Source of the DNA: Deltaproteobacteria bacterium
GTDB lineage: Bacteria; Myxococcota_A; Polyangia; Polyangiales; Houyiibacteriaceae
Reading direction: 5' to 3'
DNA: 48,450 bases
Assembly: GCA_034670305.1 (NCBI GenBank)
Contig: JAXMNT010000058.1
Coordinates: forward strand, 1 to 48,450
Shown: one piece after another, positions 17,935 through 26,807 of the stretch
Position numbering within the stretch: position 1 is the stretch's first letter
Layout: each line of letters starts with the position of its first letter
Notes under the pieces: generated by a model
Database searches by the model: none
Told to the model about the DNA's origin: nothing
What the model saw: only the letters and a program-made list of their open reading frames with translations
Program-made: the position numbers and the translations under genes

Positions 17935-19284
17935 GTGCCGCGCGGCGAATCGTCCACGACGGAGCTCCTCGAGTGTCCGGGATGCGGTGGCCCCCTGCCT
18001 CCGTCCTCGGAGGCCAACGAGACCGTCGACGTCGTCTGCCGGTACTGCGACCGAACGGTGCGCGTGCATGGCACCGAACGGTCGGTCGAGGGCGCGGAGA
18101 ACGCCGACCCGATGGTCGATCGACTGCTCGCCGGAACGGTCGAAGCGCGGCGGGGAAGCGCTTCGCGCCGACCAGCGGTGGAGGTTCCTTCGGTGGAGTG
18201 GCGCAGCGCCGAGCACGGGGTGTGGCCCACCGCAGCCCGCGCCTCGTCGTCGTATGGATCGAGCTGGGGAGAAGGACAGACGGTCGGGCCTCCGAAGGTG
18301 TTCCCTCGTTCGGGCGACCTGCCTGGCGCTTGGGCACCCGGCACCCGGCAGAGCAAGGTCGAGTGGCTCGAGGTGGACTTCGAGGAGTCGCAGCCAGTGC
18401 GCGCGGTGCGGGTGTTCGAAACCTGCGCCGCCGGATCGACGTTCGCGGTGACGGTCGCGTCCGAAGGCGGACACGAGCTGGTCTACGAGGGCCGGCCGGT
18501 GAGCCAAGCCGGCGCGGCGATGCTCGAAGTGACGATCGAACCGCCGCGCACCGTGCGTTCCGTCCGCGTGTACATCGACAACACGTTGAACAAGACCTGG
18601 TCCGAGATCGACACCATCGGGTTGGTCACCGCCGAACCCTTGCCCCCCGAACGCCGCACCCGGGTGCCACGCTTCCGACCCAGCGGTTGTTCGGTGTTCG
18701 CGTTTCTCGCGGTGCTGCTCTGTTTCGCGGTCGGCGGATTCATGGCGTGGCAACACGGGAGCCACCCCGATCCGCCGCCCCTTCCGATGGATGCGATCGA
18801 CGGCGCGAACATGATGGTGTGGCACGCGACCGTCGACGAACTCGCGGAGCGAGACGTCGTGTGGGCCATCGAGTCCGTCGAGGTCTCCACCCAGTACGGG
18901 GGTCGAGACTGGGCGGGCTACCAGGCGGTGGGTCGCCCCGATGTGTTGCCCGAGCACGGCGACGTGAAACGGGCGTGGGCACCCAAAGCCGAGGACTACG
19001 GTCCCGAGTGGATCGTGCTCCGGTTCGAGCCGACCCGGGCGAGCGCGATCGCGATCGTCGAGACGTACCACCCGGGCGCGGTGGTGCGGGTCGAAGACCT
19101 CACCGACGGGGTCGAGACCACGCTGTGGTCCGGCGCGACCACGCCTTCCGACGAAAGCCGCGTGCTCAGCCTCGAGCTGCCGTCGCCGCGCACCATCGAC
19201 CACCTGCGGGTGCGCCTCGACACCCGGCGGGTCGAAGGCTGGAACCAGATCGACGCCGTCGGCCTGGTGCCGGTCACCCCCTGA
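17935..19284 (+). CDS. Zn-ribbon plus two homologous discoidin/galactose-binding-like domains separated by a TM helix
   Basis: CPGCGG...CRYC; duplicated domain W..SS.YG..W...VG.P.V.P..GD...AWAP...EW...F...ET...G...W..ID..GLV; TM VFAFLAVLLCFAVGGFMAW. GTG start 2 nt after the deaminase stop. Confidence 0.75.
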   Translation: MPRGESSTTELLECPGCGGPLPPSSEANETVDVVCRYCDRTVRVHGTERSVEGAENADPMVDRLLAGTVEARRGSASRRPAVEVPSVEWRSAEHGVWPTAARASSSYGSSWGEGQTVGPPKVFPRSGDLPGAWAPGTRQSKVEWLEVDFEESQPVRAVRVFETCAAGSTFAVTVASEGGHELVYEGRPVSQAGAAMLEVTIEPPRTVRSVRVYIDNTLNKTWSEIDTIGLVTAEPLPPERRTRVPRFRPSGCSVFAFLAVLLCFAVGGFMAWQHGSHPDPPPLPMDAIDGANMMVWHATVDELAERDVVWAIESVEVSTQYGGRDWAGYQAVGRPDVLPEHGDVKRAWAPKAEDYGPEWIVLRFEPTRASAIAIVETYHPGAVVRVEDLTDGVETTLWSGATTPSDESRVLSLELPSPRTIDHLRVRLDTRRVEGWNQIDAVGLVPVTP

Positions 19285-19410
19285 GGCCAGCGCGAACCTG
19301 CTCAGTCCATCTGGTAGATGTCGGGGATCTGGTCGAGCTGGGTGACGGTGGTGTCGAGATCCTTCAAGAGGCCGTCGCTCAGCCCCGCCGATGCGCGTCT
19401 ACCTCAACAC

Positions 19411-22083
19411 TCAGGGGGTCCAGGGTTCGGGTGCGCTGCGGGTGTTCTGGGGACGCCGCTGATCCTGCGTCACGAAGTCGGTCGCGTTCATGTCGGTGTC
19501 GTAGCCGTTGCCGTCGAGCTCTTCGGCGCCACCGGGCGCGAGCGACATGGCCGTCGAGGTGGCCTGCGCCCGGCGCTCGTAGGAGAGCGCCGCGCTCGGC
19601 AAGGGCGCGAGGAGTGGGGGTTCACCGGGTCCGAACGCCCCCTCCTTCGCCATCACACCGCCGTCCACGGTGGCGCCACCACCGTCCGGGGGGGTGCCAC
19701 CGTCGGGAACACCAGCGTCCATGATGGCGGCCGTGCCCCAGCCGACGGCGTCGATGCGCGTGCCCCCGCAGTAGAGTTCGATTTCGCCAGCCGCGGAGAG
19801 TGGCTGGCTGCCGCCCACCACGTCGGGCGCGGGGTCCGTGGCGCCGTACCCGACGAGGTAGAACCCGCCTTGCGGAAGCACGGCCGGGTCCAGATCGACC
19901 TCGCCGCTGGCGTTGACCATGGAACACCCGCCCACTTCGACGTCGAACATCCCGCGGTTGAACACCTCTGTGAACGCAGCGGGCCCGAAGCGCACTTCGC
20001 TGATCACCAGGTCGGTGCAGGCGCCGATCCCACCAGGGCAAATCGCGGAGCCCCCGAGACACGCGTCCGGGGTGTCGCACAGGCCCATCTGGGTGCGGCA
20101 ACGCACTCCTGCGGATTGATGTCGGTCGGCCGGGCACTGGATGGAAGTGCCATCGCACACCTCGGCGATGCCACATCCTCCGCCCGCCATGCGGCACGGG
20201 TAGCCGGCGGAACGCGCCCCGTCGGCCGGACATGCCGGTCCGTTGCCAGGGCAGTACTCCTCTTGATCGCAGAGGGCGCCCGAAGCGGCCATGCGACAGA
20301 CCGTGGTCGAAGGCAGCACCGCGTCTTCGGTGGGACACATCGGGCTGGTGCCGTTGCAGACCTCGGGCAGGTCACACAGCCCCGCACCCGCGTTTCGGCA
20401 GACGAACCCACTGCTGCGCACGGTGTCCATCGGGCACGTGTTGCTGGTGCCGCTGCACATCTCCGGAATGTCGCAGTTGCCAACGGCCGGACGGCACTCG
20501 AAGCTGCTCGGTCGTTTCGCGTCGGCGGGACAGGTCGGAGAACTTCCGGTGCATGTCTCGGCGACGTCGCACCCGCCGTCGGCGGCGGGCCGACAGACGG
20601 TGCCGGCCGACAGGTTCGGCGCCACGCACACAGGCGTGCCGCTGCTGCAATCGAAGGTGCCGTTGGGCGCGCACGGGCCGAGACTGCACGCATCGCCGCA
20701 GCCGGCGCTCGTACACACACCCATCCCGTTGCAGAGCCCGTCGTCCCCACACGTGACGCCGGCCATCGCGAACTGGTCCGTCGGACATTCGGGGGACGTG
20801 CCGTCGCAGGTCTCGTTCAGATCGCAGACCGGATCGGTCTGGGGACGACACATCTGCCCAGCGTCTTGTTTGCGGTCCATCGGGCAAGTCGGCGACACGC
20901 CGTCGCACGCCTCCGGCAAGTCGCACAGGCCCGCAGATTCCCGGCAGGTCGTGCCACCCACCGCGACCGCGTTCGGGCAGTCGAACCGTACGCCGTCGCA
21001 GAGATCGGCGACATCGCACGCGCCCATGACGCCGCGGCACATGGTGCCAGACGCAACCGGTATGTCCGCCGGGCAGGTCCGGGCGACTCCGTCGCAGACC
21101 TCCGGCGCGTCGCACACGCCGAGCGCCGGGCGGCAGACTTCGCCGGCGGTGCGGGGATCGGCGGCCACGCACTCGCCGCCGGTCTCGGTGCACTCGAGAA
21201 AACCGAGCTCGCACTTGTTGCCCGTGTCGCACATCACGCCGGGGTCGCAGGTGATGCAGTCTCCCGCGAGGCAGATCTGGCCCTCGCCGCAAACGCTGCC
21301 GTCCATCTCCGGTTCGTCGACCGGACACTCCAGGCCGACTCCGTCGCACACTTCTTCGACGTCGCACACTCCGTCGTCGGCGCGGCAGACGGTGCCCTCG
21401 GACCGCACGCCGTCGCCCACACATACGGGTTCCCCGGATTCGGCATCGCAACGGATGTGGCCGAGTTCGCACAGCGCGAGTCCGTCGCTGCACTCGTCGC
21501 CCTCGCCAGCGCAGCTCGGCGCGTCGGGGCCCGTGTCGCCGACCACACCCGCATCGAACTCACTGCCGGGAAGGGGCAGGAGCTCCGGCGGGATCGGGTT
21601 GAGGTCTTCGCACGTGCCCTGCACGCACGTCTGGCTGACGATGCATGTCCGGTCCCGACACGCGCCGCCCGGAAGGTAGAGGCGCAACACGCGTGTCTCG
21701 CCGTCGACGAAGCCAGAGATGGCGCGCGCTTCGGAGATCGTGCGGGTGCCGCTGGCGTCGGAGACCAGCGCTTCGGCCGTCACCCGGTACAGACGGGTCG
21801 CGTCGTCGTCGAGGGGCGCGATCACATGGACGAGCGGAAAGTCGCCGCCCGATGCCGGGACCGCGGTCTCCGTCAGGTACACCGGCGGGGTGTCCGCAAA
21901 GACATCGTCGCGACCTCGGCCTTCGACCCGGATGCGCACGCCGGTCACGTCCACCGCGATGTCGTCGGCGGCGTAGACCTCGACGAGGATCTGGGTGACG
22001 TCACCACCGCACCCCAGGGCCAGCAGCACACAGACCGGCAGCAGCCAACCCGCTCGATTCGTCCGACCCATCGCGCCCCCCAT
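19411..22083 (-). CDS. Cys-rich lipoprotein with ~11 disintegrin-like repeats and a C-terminal lamin-tail-like domain
   Basis: Lipobox LALGC; repeats of type G.VCR...G.CD..E.CDG....CP.D; C-terminal LVISEV...FTEVFN...IDAVGWG...DTDMNATDF...PQNT. Confidence 0.85.
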   Translation of the reverse strand: MGGAMGRTNRAGWLLPVCVLLALGCGGDVTQILVEVYAADDIAVDVTGVRIRVEGRGRDDVFADTPPVYLTETAVPASGGDFPLVHVIAPLDDDATRLYRVTAEALVSDASGTRTISEARAISGFVDGETRVLRLYLPGGACRDRTCIVSQTCVQGTCEDLNPIPPELLPLPGSEFDAGVVGDTGPDAPSCAGEGDECSDGLALCELGHIRCDAESGEPVCVGDGVRSEGTVCRADDGVCDVEEVCDGVGLECPVDEPEMDGSVCGEGQICLAGDCITCDPGVMCDTGNKCELGFLECTETGGECVAADPRTAGEVCRPALGVCDAPEVCDGVARTCPADIPVASGTMCRGVMGACDVADLCDGVRFDCPNAVAVGGTTCRESAGLCDLPEACDGVSPTCPMDRKQDAGQMCRPQTDPVCDLNETCDGTSPECPTDQFAMAGVTCGDDGLCNGMGVCTSAGCGDACSLGPCAPNGTFDCSSGTPVCVAPNLSAGTVCRPAADGGCDVAETCTGSSPTCPADAKRPSSFECRPAVGNCDIPEMCSGTSNTCPMDTVRSSGFVCRNAGAGLCDLPEVCNGTSPMCPTEDAVLPSTTVCRMAASGALCDQEEYCPGNGPACPADGARSAGYPCRMAGGGCGIAEVCDGTSIQCPADRHQSAGVRCRTQMGLCDTPDACLGGSAICPGGIGACTDLVISEVRFGPAAFTEVFNRGMFDVEVGGCSMVNASGEVDLDPAVLPQGGFYLVGYGATDPAPDVVGGSQPLSAAGEIELYCGGTRIDAVGWGTAAIMDAGVPDGGTPPDGGGATVDGGVMAKEGAFGPGEPPLLAPLPSAALSYERRAQATSTAMSLAPGGAEELDGNGYDTDMNATDFVTQDQRRPQNTRSAPEPWTP

Positions 22084-22724
22084 CACCAGCTCACCAGCGC
22101 GCGTGTGGCTGGGCCGAAGTCGCCCTGTGCCAAACCGTCGTCGCCCCCGACCTGGGTCACCACCACAGCCGTCACGACCCCGACCACCACGACACCGACG
22201 ATCAATCCGATCCACCAGCGGCTCGGTTTGGACTCGTTCCGAAGCCGCTCCAGCTCACGCTCGCGAGCGGCCGCGGCTTCGGCGTCTTCGGCAGCTCGGG
22301 CGCGGCGTTCCTCGAGTGCACGTTCGAGCGCGGCCACCCGCCCCTCGACCTGGGCCCGTTCGGGGGCCTCGGCCACTTCGGCGAGGAACCGCCGGTAGGC
22401 CGCGAGCGCCTCGTCGTCGTGACGGAGCCGGTCGTGGGCCAACCCGACGTTGTAGTAGAGCGCCACCCGCCCGGTCAGGTCGAGCGCGCGCTGAAACGCA
22501 TCGAGCGCCGTCGCGTAGTCGCCGCCATCGTAGGCATGCCGTCCGCGAAGAAACTCGGCGCGACCGATCTGGTCGTCGCTCGGGGGCGCATCATCGGCAG
22601 TCGGCGCAGCGGGCGCGACGGCCTCCGGTGGGGTCGTGGGCTCAACCTCCGCGGCGGGGGGCTGGGCGAACGCGGTCTGCCCTGCTGCTGTGGCAAGGAG
22701 AAACACCATCAAGAAGCGAAGCAC
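22083..22724 (-). CDS. Secreted or membrane TPR protein with C-terminal TM
   Basis: Signal peptide ...TAFAQ; F.RG..AY..GDY..AL..F..A; LYYNVGLAHDRL; WWIGLIVGVVVVGVV. Stop overlaps the next ATG. Confidence 0.8.
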   Translation of the reverse strand: MLRFLMVFLLATAAGQTAFAQPPAAEVEPTTPPEAVAPAAPTADDAPPSDDQIGRAEFLRGRHAYDGGDYATALDAFQRALDLTGRVALYYNVGLAHDRLRHDDEALAAYRRFLAEVAEAPERAQVEGRVAALERALEERRARAAEDAEAAAARERELERLRNESKPSRWWIGLIVGVVVVGVVTAVVVTQVGGDDGLAQGDFGPATRALVSW

Positions 22725-22784
22725 CCAGGCAGCATATCTGGATTGCGGGGCCAATTCACGTTCGGGGCGGTATGCTCCTCCGCC

Positions 22785-23963
22785 ATGCGCTTTCCCCTGC
22801 TCCTCGTGTGTGTGCTCGGCTTGGCCTGCGGAGACGACTCGTCTCCCGATACGGACGGCGGCGCGCGCCGCGATGGTGGCCCCCGAGCAGACACCGGTCC
22901 CCGCCCCGACACCGGACCCCGCCCCGACGCGGGACCGGTGGACGGCGGACCGCTCACCAACCCAGACGACGGGCCGCCGGCGGGCAACCCGGACGGCACC
23001 TGCGCGGTGCCCGACGAGGCGCGGGCCGTGGACACCTCGTCGCCAGACATCGTCGTGGGCGACGGCACCCCCGCGAGCTGCACGTCGCGGGCGTTCGTCG
23101 ATGCAGTCGAAGCGGGCGGCATCATCACGTTCGATTGTGGCGACGAGCCGCACACGATCCTGCTCGAGGAGACGGCGAAGGTGGTCAACAACACCGGCCC
23201 CGAGATCGTGATCGACGGCGGGGGCCTCATCACGCTCAGCGGCCAGGGCGTGCGGCGCATTCTCTACATGAACACCTGCGACATGGCGCAGATGTGGACC
23301 ACGCCCATGTGTCAGAACCAGGACCACCCGCGGCTCACCGTGCAGGGACTGACCTTCGTCGACGGCAACAGCACCGGCATGGAGGAAGAAGGGGGCGGCG
23401 GCGGTGCGATCTTCGTGCGCGGCGGCCGGTTCAAGATCATCGGGTGCCGCTTCTTCAACAACCGATGCGAACCGACCGGACAGGATCTGGGCGGCGCGGC
23501 GGTGCGGGTGCTCAGCCAGTACGAAGGGCTCCCGGTCTACGTGGTTGGTTCGACGTTCGGTGGCGCGGAAGACTTCGGAAACTCGTGTTCGAACGGCGGC
23601 GGCCTCAGCAGCATCGGCGTTTCGTACACCGTCTTGAACAGCGTGTTCTCGCACAACGAAGCGACCGGCAACGGCGCCAACCCGATGCGGCCGGGCACGC
23701 CGGGCGGCGGGAGCGGAGGCGCGATCTACAACGACGGCAACACCTTCACGCTGACCGTCTGCGGCACCCGCATCGAGGACAACCACGCGAACGAAGGTGG
23801 CGGCGCGATCTTCTTCGTGAGCAACGACCGGAGCGGCACCTTGGTGATCCAAGACTCCGTGCTCCGCCGCAACCCGAGCGACGGATTCGAGACCGAAGGG
23901 TACCCGGGCATCTTCGTACTCGCGGATGGCGACCCCCAGGTCAGCGGCAGCACGATCGAGTAG
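22785..23963 (+). CDS. Lipoprotein with beta-helix (polymorphic-membrane-protein-like GGAI/FxxN repeats)
   Basis: MRFPLLLVCVLGLAC lipobox, DTG/DAG stalk, GGIITFDCG, repeated GGAI, FFNN and FSHN. Confidence 0.85.
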   Translation: MRFPLLLVCVLGLACGDDSSPDTDGGARRDGGPRADTGPRPDTGPRPDAGPVDGGPLTNPDDGPPAGNPDGTCAVPDEARAVDTSSPDIVVGDGTPASCTSRAFVDAVEAGGIITFDCGDEPHTILLEETAKVVNNTGPEIVIDGGGLITLSGQGVRRILYMNTCDMAQMWTTPMCQNQDHPRLTVQGLTFVDGNSTGMEEEGGGGGAIFVRGGRFKIIGCRFFNNRCEPTGQDLGGAAVRVLSQYEGLPVYVVGSTFGGAEDFGNSCSNGGGLSSIGVSYTVLNSVFSHNEATGNGANPMRPGTPGGGSGGAIYNDGNTFTLTVCGTRIEDNHANEGGGAIFFVSNDRSGTLVIQDSVLRRNPSDGFETEGYPGIFVLADGDPQVSGSTIE

Positions 23964-24202
23964 TTACTCGTCGCCCAAGTCGGGGATCCAAACGGTGGAC
24001 CCCTCCGGCGCGTCGTTGAGCAGGATGACCGCGGCGCACGCGGCCACGCCTTGGGCTCCACCCGGACCGTGCCGCCGTCTTCGAGTTGCAGCTCGAACGA
24101 CTCACAGCAGTAGAAGCGCTGCCGCTTGTATCCCTCGGTCTCGATGCGGGCGTACCCGATCTTCACGCCCTGCCCGAGCACCGTGCCGCGCCAACGTTCC
24201 AC
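23964..24202 (-). pseudogene. Possible frameshifted gene remnant
   Basis: MERWRGTVLG...ESFELQLEDGGTVRVEPK continues naturally only after a frame change near 24050, giving GVAACAAVILLNDAPEGSTVWIPDLGDE* (TAA at 23964-23966). Confidence 0.3.
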
Positions 24203-24238
24203 CCGACGAAGCTACCACCAAGCGAGGGTGCCAGCGGG

Positions 24239-25339
24239 CTACGCGAGGATGACGCTGCGCACCGCTTCGACGTCCTTCAGTTCGAAGAGCACCGGCGGCA
24301 CCCCATCGCGGGACGGCAAGAACGGACGGAGCGCACCACTGTCGGCCAACGCGCGGGAGTGGGGGGCGTCGAGGACGAGGAAGAGGTGGGCTTGTCCGCG
24401 CGGCGCGAGCTTCGGCGCCACGTCCACGATGACCTTTCGGTCCACGGAGAGTTCGACCAGTCCGCGGCGAATCAACACGCGGCGGTCGGTCACCAGATAC
24501 TCGGTGTCCTCCCCGAGCCTGCGTGCCCGGATCACGCCGTACCAAGCGAGCCAGAACCCGACGGTCACGATGCAGATCCACGAGATGAGCACCGCCGAGA
24601 ACAGCAGGCCCCATTCCCACGAACGCACCTGCAGACCGAGGCTCTCGAGGTCGAGCAGAATGCCCGCGTTGCGGTGTCCGTAGACGAGCGCGATGGCCGT
24701 CACCCACACGCCGAGTCCGGTGGTGGCGAGTTCGCGCCAACCGAGGTGCCATCCACCGGGGTGCCCACCCCACACGACCGACTCGCCGCCTTCGAGACGT
24801 TCGGTGAGCGGGACGGCGCGGTCGCCAGCGTGCTCGGAGGGTTCTTCTCCACGGATGATCGCGAGCAACCGATCCGGCTCACGCACGTCTCGGAAGACAA
24901 AACGCAAGCGTCGCGCGAGGGGGCCGAACGGCACGGCGATCACGAGCTCCAGGTGACCAACCACCGGTACGGATCGGTGCCATCGAATCCGCGCATACGT
25001 CAGCCGGTCGCGCTCCATCGAACGCACGTGGCGACCACGCCGCCAGAGAATGCGTCGGTCGGTGACCAGGTACGCGTGGTCCCCGAACAGCAGCTGGGGC
25101 GCGAAGCTTGCGGCGATGGCCGTCGCGCCCAGGAGACAGGCCGTCGCGATTGTGCGGCTGACGCCGGGCAGCTCCGCGAGGTCGAGCAGTTTGGCGAAAA
25201 GCGCGGAGACCAGCGCGATCGCGAAGAAGAGCATGGGAAGCAGGACCCACAGTCGGTCCCGGGGAACGGCCGCGGGACGCCCCTCCCAGAGGATCTCCTC
25301 GGAGGGAAGCAATCGCCAGGCGGACCGGTCGGACTCCAC
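24239..25339 (-). CDS. Membrane protein with an internally duplicated 2TM plus bacterial PH-like module
   Basis: Two copies of L...E...W.G.P, two TM helices and YLVTDRR.L.RRG. Start uncertain (25339 or 25360). Confidence 0.75.
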   Translation of the reverse strand: MESDRSAWRLLPSEEILWEGRPAAVPRDRLWVLLPMLFFAIALVSALFAKLLDLAELPGVSRTIATACLLGATAIAASFAPQLLFGDHAYLVTDRRILWRRGRHVRSMERDRLTYARIRWHRSVPVVGHLELVIAVPFGPLARRLRFVFRDVREPDRLLAIIRGEEPSEHAGDRAVPLTERLEGGESVVWGGHPGGWHLGWRELATTGLGVWVTAIALVYGHRNAGILLDLESLGLQVRSWEWGLLFSAVLISWICIVTVGFWLAWYGVIRARRLGEDTEYLVTDRRVLIRRGLVELSVDRKVIVDVAPKLAPRGQAHLFLVLDAPHSRALADSGALRPFLPSRDGVPPVLFELKDVEAVRSVILA

Positions 25340-25437
25340 GCGTGAATCGTAAGACTGCACCGCCGATACGACAACGCCGACGCGAGAAAGGTCCTTCCGG
25401 CTTCGTCACAGGCCCTTGGAAGGGACCGCGGCGGTGG

Positions 25438-26241
25438 TCAGCCGGCGTTGCCGAGGTCGGCGAGCTGGTCGCGGGCGTCGCCGGCTTCGTCGCTGTCGGG
25501 GAACCGTTCGACCAGGGTGCGGAACGCCTCTCGAGCCTGCGGCCGATCGTTCATGTCGATGTAGGTCTCGCCAAGGAGCAGCAAGGCTTCCGGTTCCAGA
25601 CCGCTGCCCTCGTAGGTGGTCAGCACGGTGCGCAACCGAAGGACGACGGCGGCGTACGCGTCGCGGCGCAGGTAGAACCGGGCGGCGTAGATCTCGTGGT
25701 TCGCGAGCACCTTCAAACAGTCTCGGATCATGCGCTGCGATTCGGCGATGCGGTCGTCTTCCGGGAAGTCGAGCACGAAGCGGCGAAGGTTTCGGAGCGC
25801 CTCGTTCGTCGGCCTCGGATCCAGCTCATGGCTGGGCGGCGTCAGGAACGAGCCGCTCGGGATCTGCGCAAAGTACGACTCGGCGATGCGGAAGCGCGCG
25901 TAGGGAATGAGCGAATGGGAGGGGCGGAACCGGACGAACTGCCGATACGCCGTGATGCCCTCCGCGTACTCCTTTTGCTTGAACTTGCAGTCCGCGATCC
26001 GCAGCTCGGAGAGCGCGGCGAAGCGGCTGTAGGAGAACTCTCGGCGGATGCGACGGAACTGCGGTTCGGCGTCGATGCACTTGTCGTTCTGGAAGTCGAG
26101 CAGCGCGTGTTCGTACGCTTCGCGGGCGTTGGCACCGTAGCTGATGGTGCTGCGACCGGACGACGATCCCGTGGTGCCCTCGCACGCTGGAAGCGCGCAG
26201 AAGCCGACACACAGGAGAATGACCGGGAGGGGCAACCGCAT
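25438..26241 (-). CDS. bamD: Outer membrane protein assembly factor BamD
   Basis: Lipobox LPAC; FSYSRFAALSELRIAD; Y..FVRFRPSH...YARF; LANHEIYAARFYLRR...AVVLR...Y. Confidence 0.88.
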   Translation of the reverse strand: MRLPLPVILLCVGFCALPACEGTTGSSSGRSTISYGANAREAYEHALLDFQNDKCIDAEPQFRRIRREFSYSRFAALSELRIADCKFKQKEYAEGITAYRQFVRFRPSHSLIPYARFRIAESYFAQIPSGSFLTPPSHELDPRPTNEALRNLRRFVLDFPEDDRIAESQRMIRDCLKVLANHEIYAARFYLRRDAYAAVVLRLRTVLTTYEGSGLEPEALLLLGETYIDMNDRPQAREAFRTLVERFPDSDEAGDARDQLADLGNAG

Positions 26242-26304
26242 CGTCGAGCGGAGGTAGCGCACACCACCTCGAACGTCGAGCAGTCAGCCCTATTCCGCTC
26301 CGAC

Positions 26305-26794
26305 CCGCGAAGCGGGCCAGGCCACGAGATGACGCCGGCGAGTCAGGCGACTCCGCTCGTGCACCTGCGCAGCCCGCAGGGCGAGCAACTGGTGCACTCC
26401 CCAATCGATCCGCGAGAGCGCCGATAGGAGCGCCTGGACGCGCGCAGCCGCCAATCGCCCCAGATGCTTCTTCATTCCATCAAGTGCAGTGGCGGCGAGC
26501 ACGTGCAGGCAGCGACGGGCGCGAATTAGGGCCGCCAGTCGAGCGAAGCGAGCCAGGCCACGAGATGACGTCAGCGAGTCAGGCGACTCCACCCGTGCAC
26601 CTGCGCAGCCCGCAGGGCGAGCAACTGGTGCACTCCCCAAGTGCGTCACAGAGGCGGCGGGAGTGCCTTCACCGCGCGCAGCCGCCAGTTGTTCCAATCG
26701 CTTCTTCAGCGGACCCGAGTGAACAGGCGGCGAGCACGTGAAGGTGCTCTGGACGCCGAATTAGGGCCGCCAGTCCCGCGAAGCGGGCCAGGCC
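26305..26794. repeat. Non-coding tandem repeat, ~236-bp unit, two full copies plus the start of a third
   Basis: gcgaagcg(g/a)gccaggcc recurs at 26307, 26543 and 26778. A ~98-bp block is nearly identical, followed by short conserved blocks alternating with variable segments. Confidence 0.9.
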
Positions 26795-26807
26795 CGTAGT
26801 GTGGAAA

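Noticed and set aside
19318-22398. 1026-aa plus-strand ORF and other long antisense ORFs (28196-30721, 31164-34220, 13287-15389)
   Set aside because: Shadow ORFs opposite clear genes, expected at high GC; no motifs.
26305-26794. CRISPR array
   Set aside because: The unit is ~236 bp with only two full copies, the variable segments are homologous in layout, and there are no cas genes in the window.
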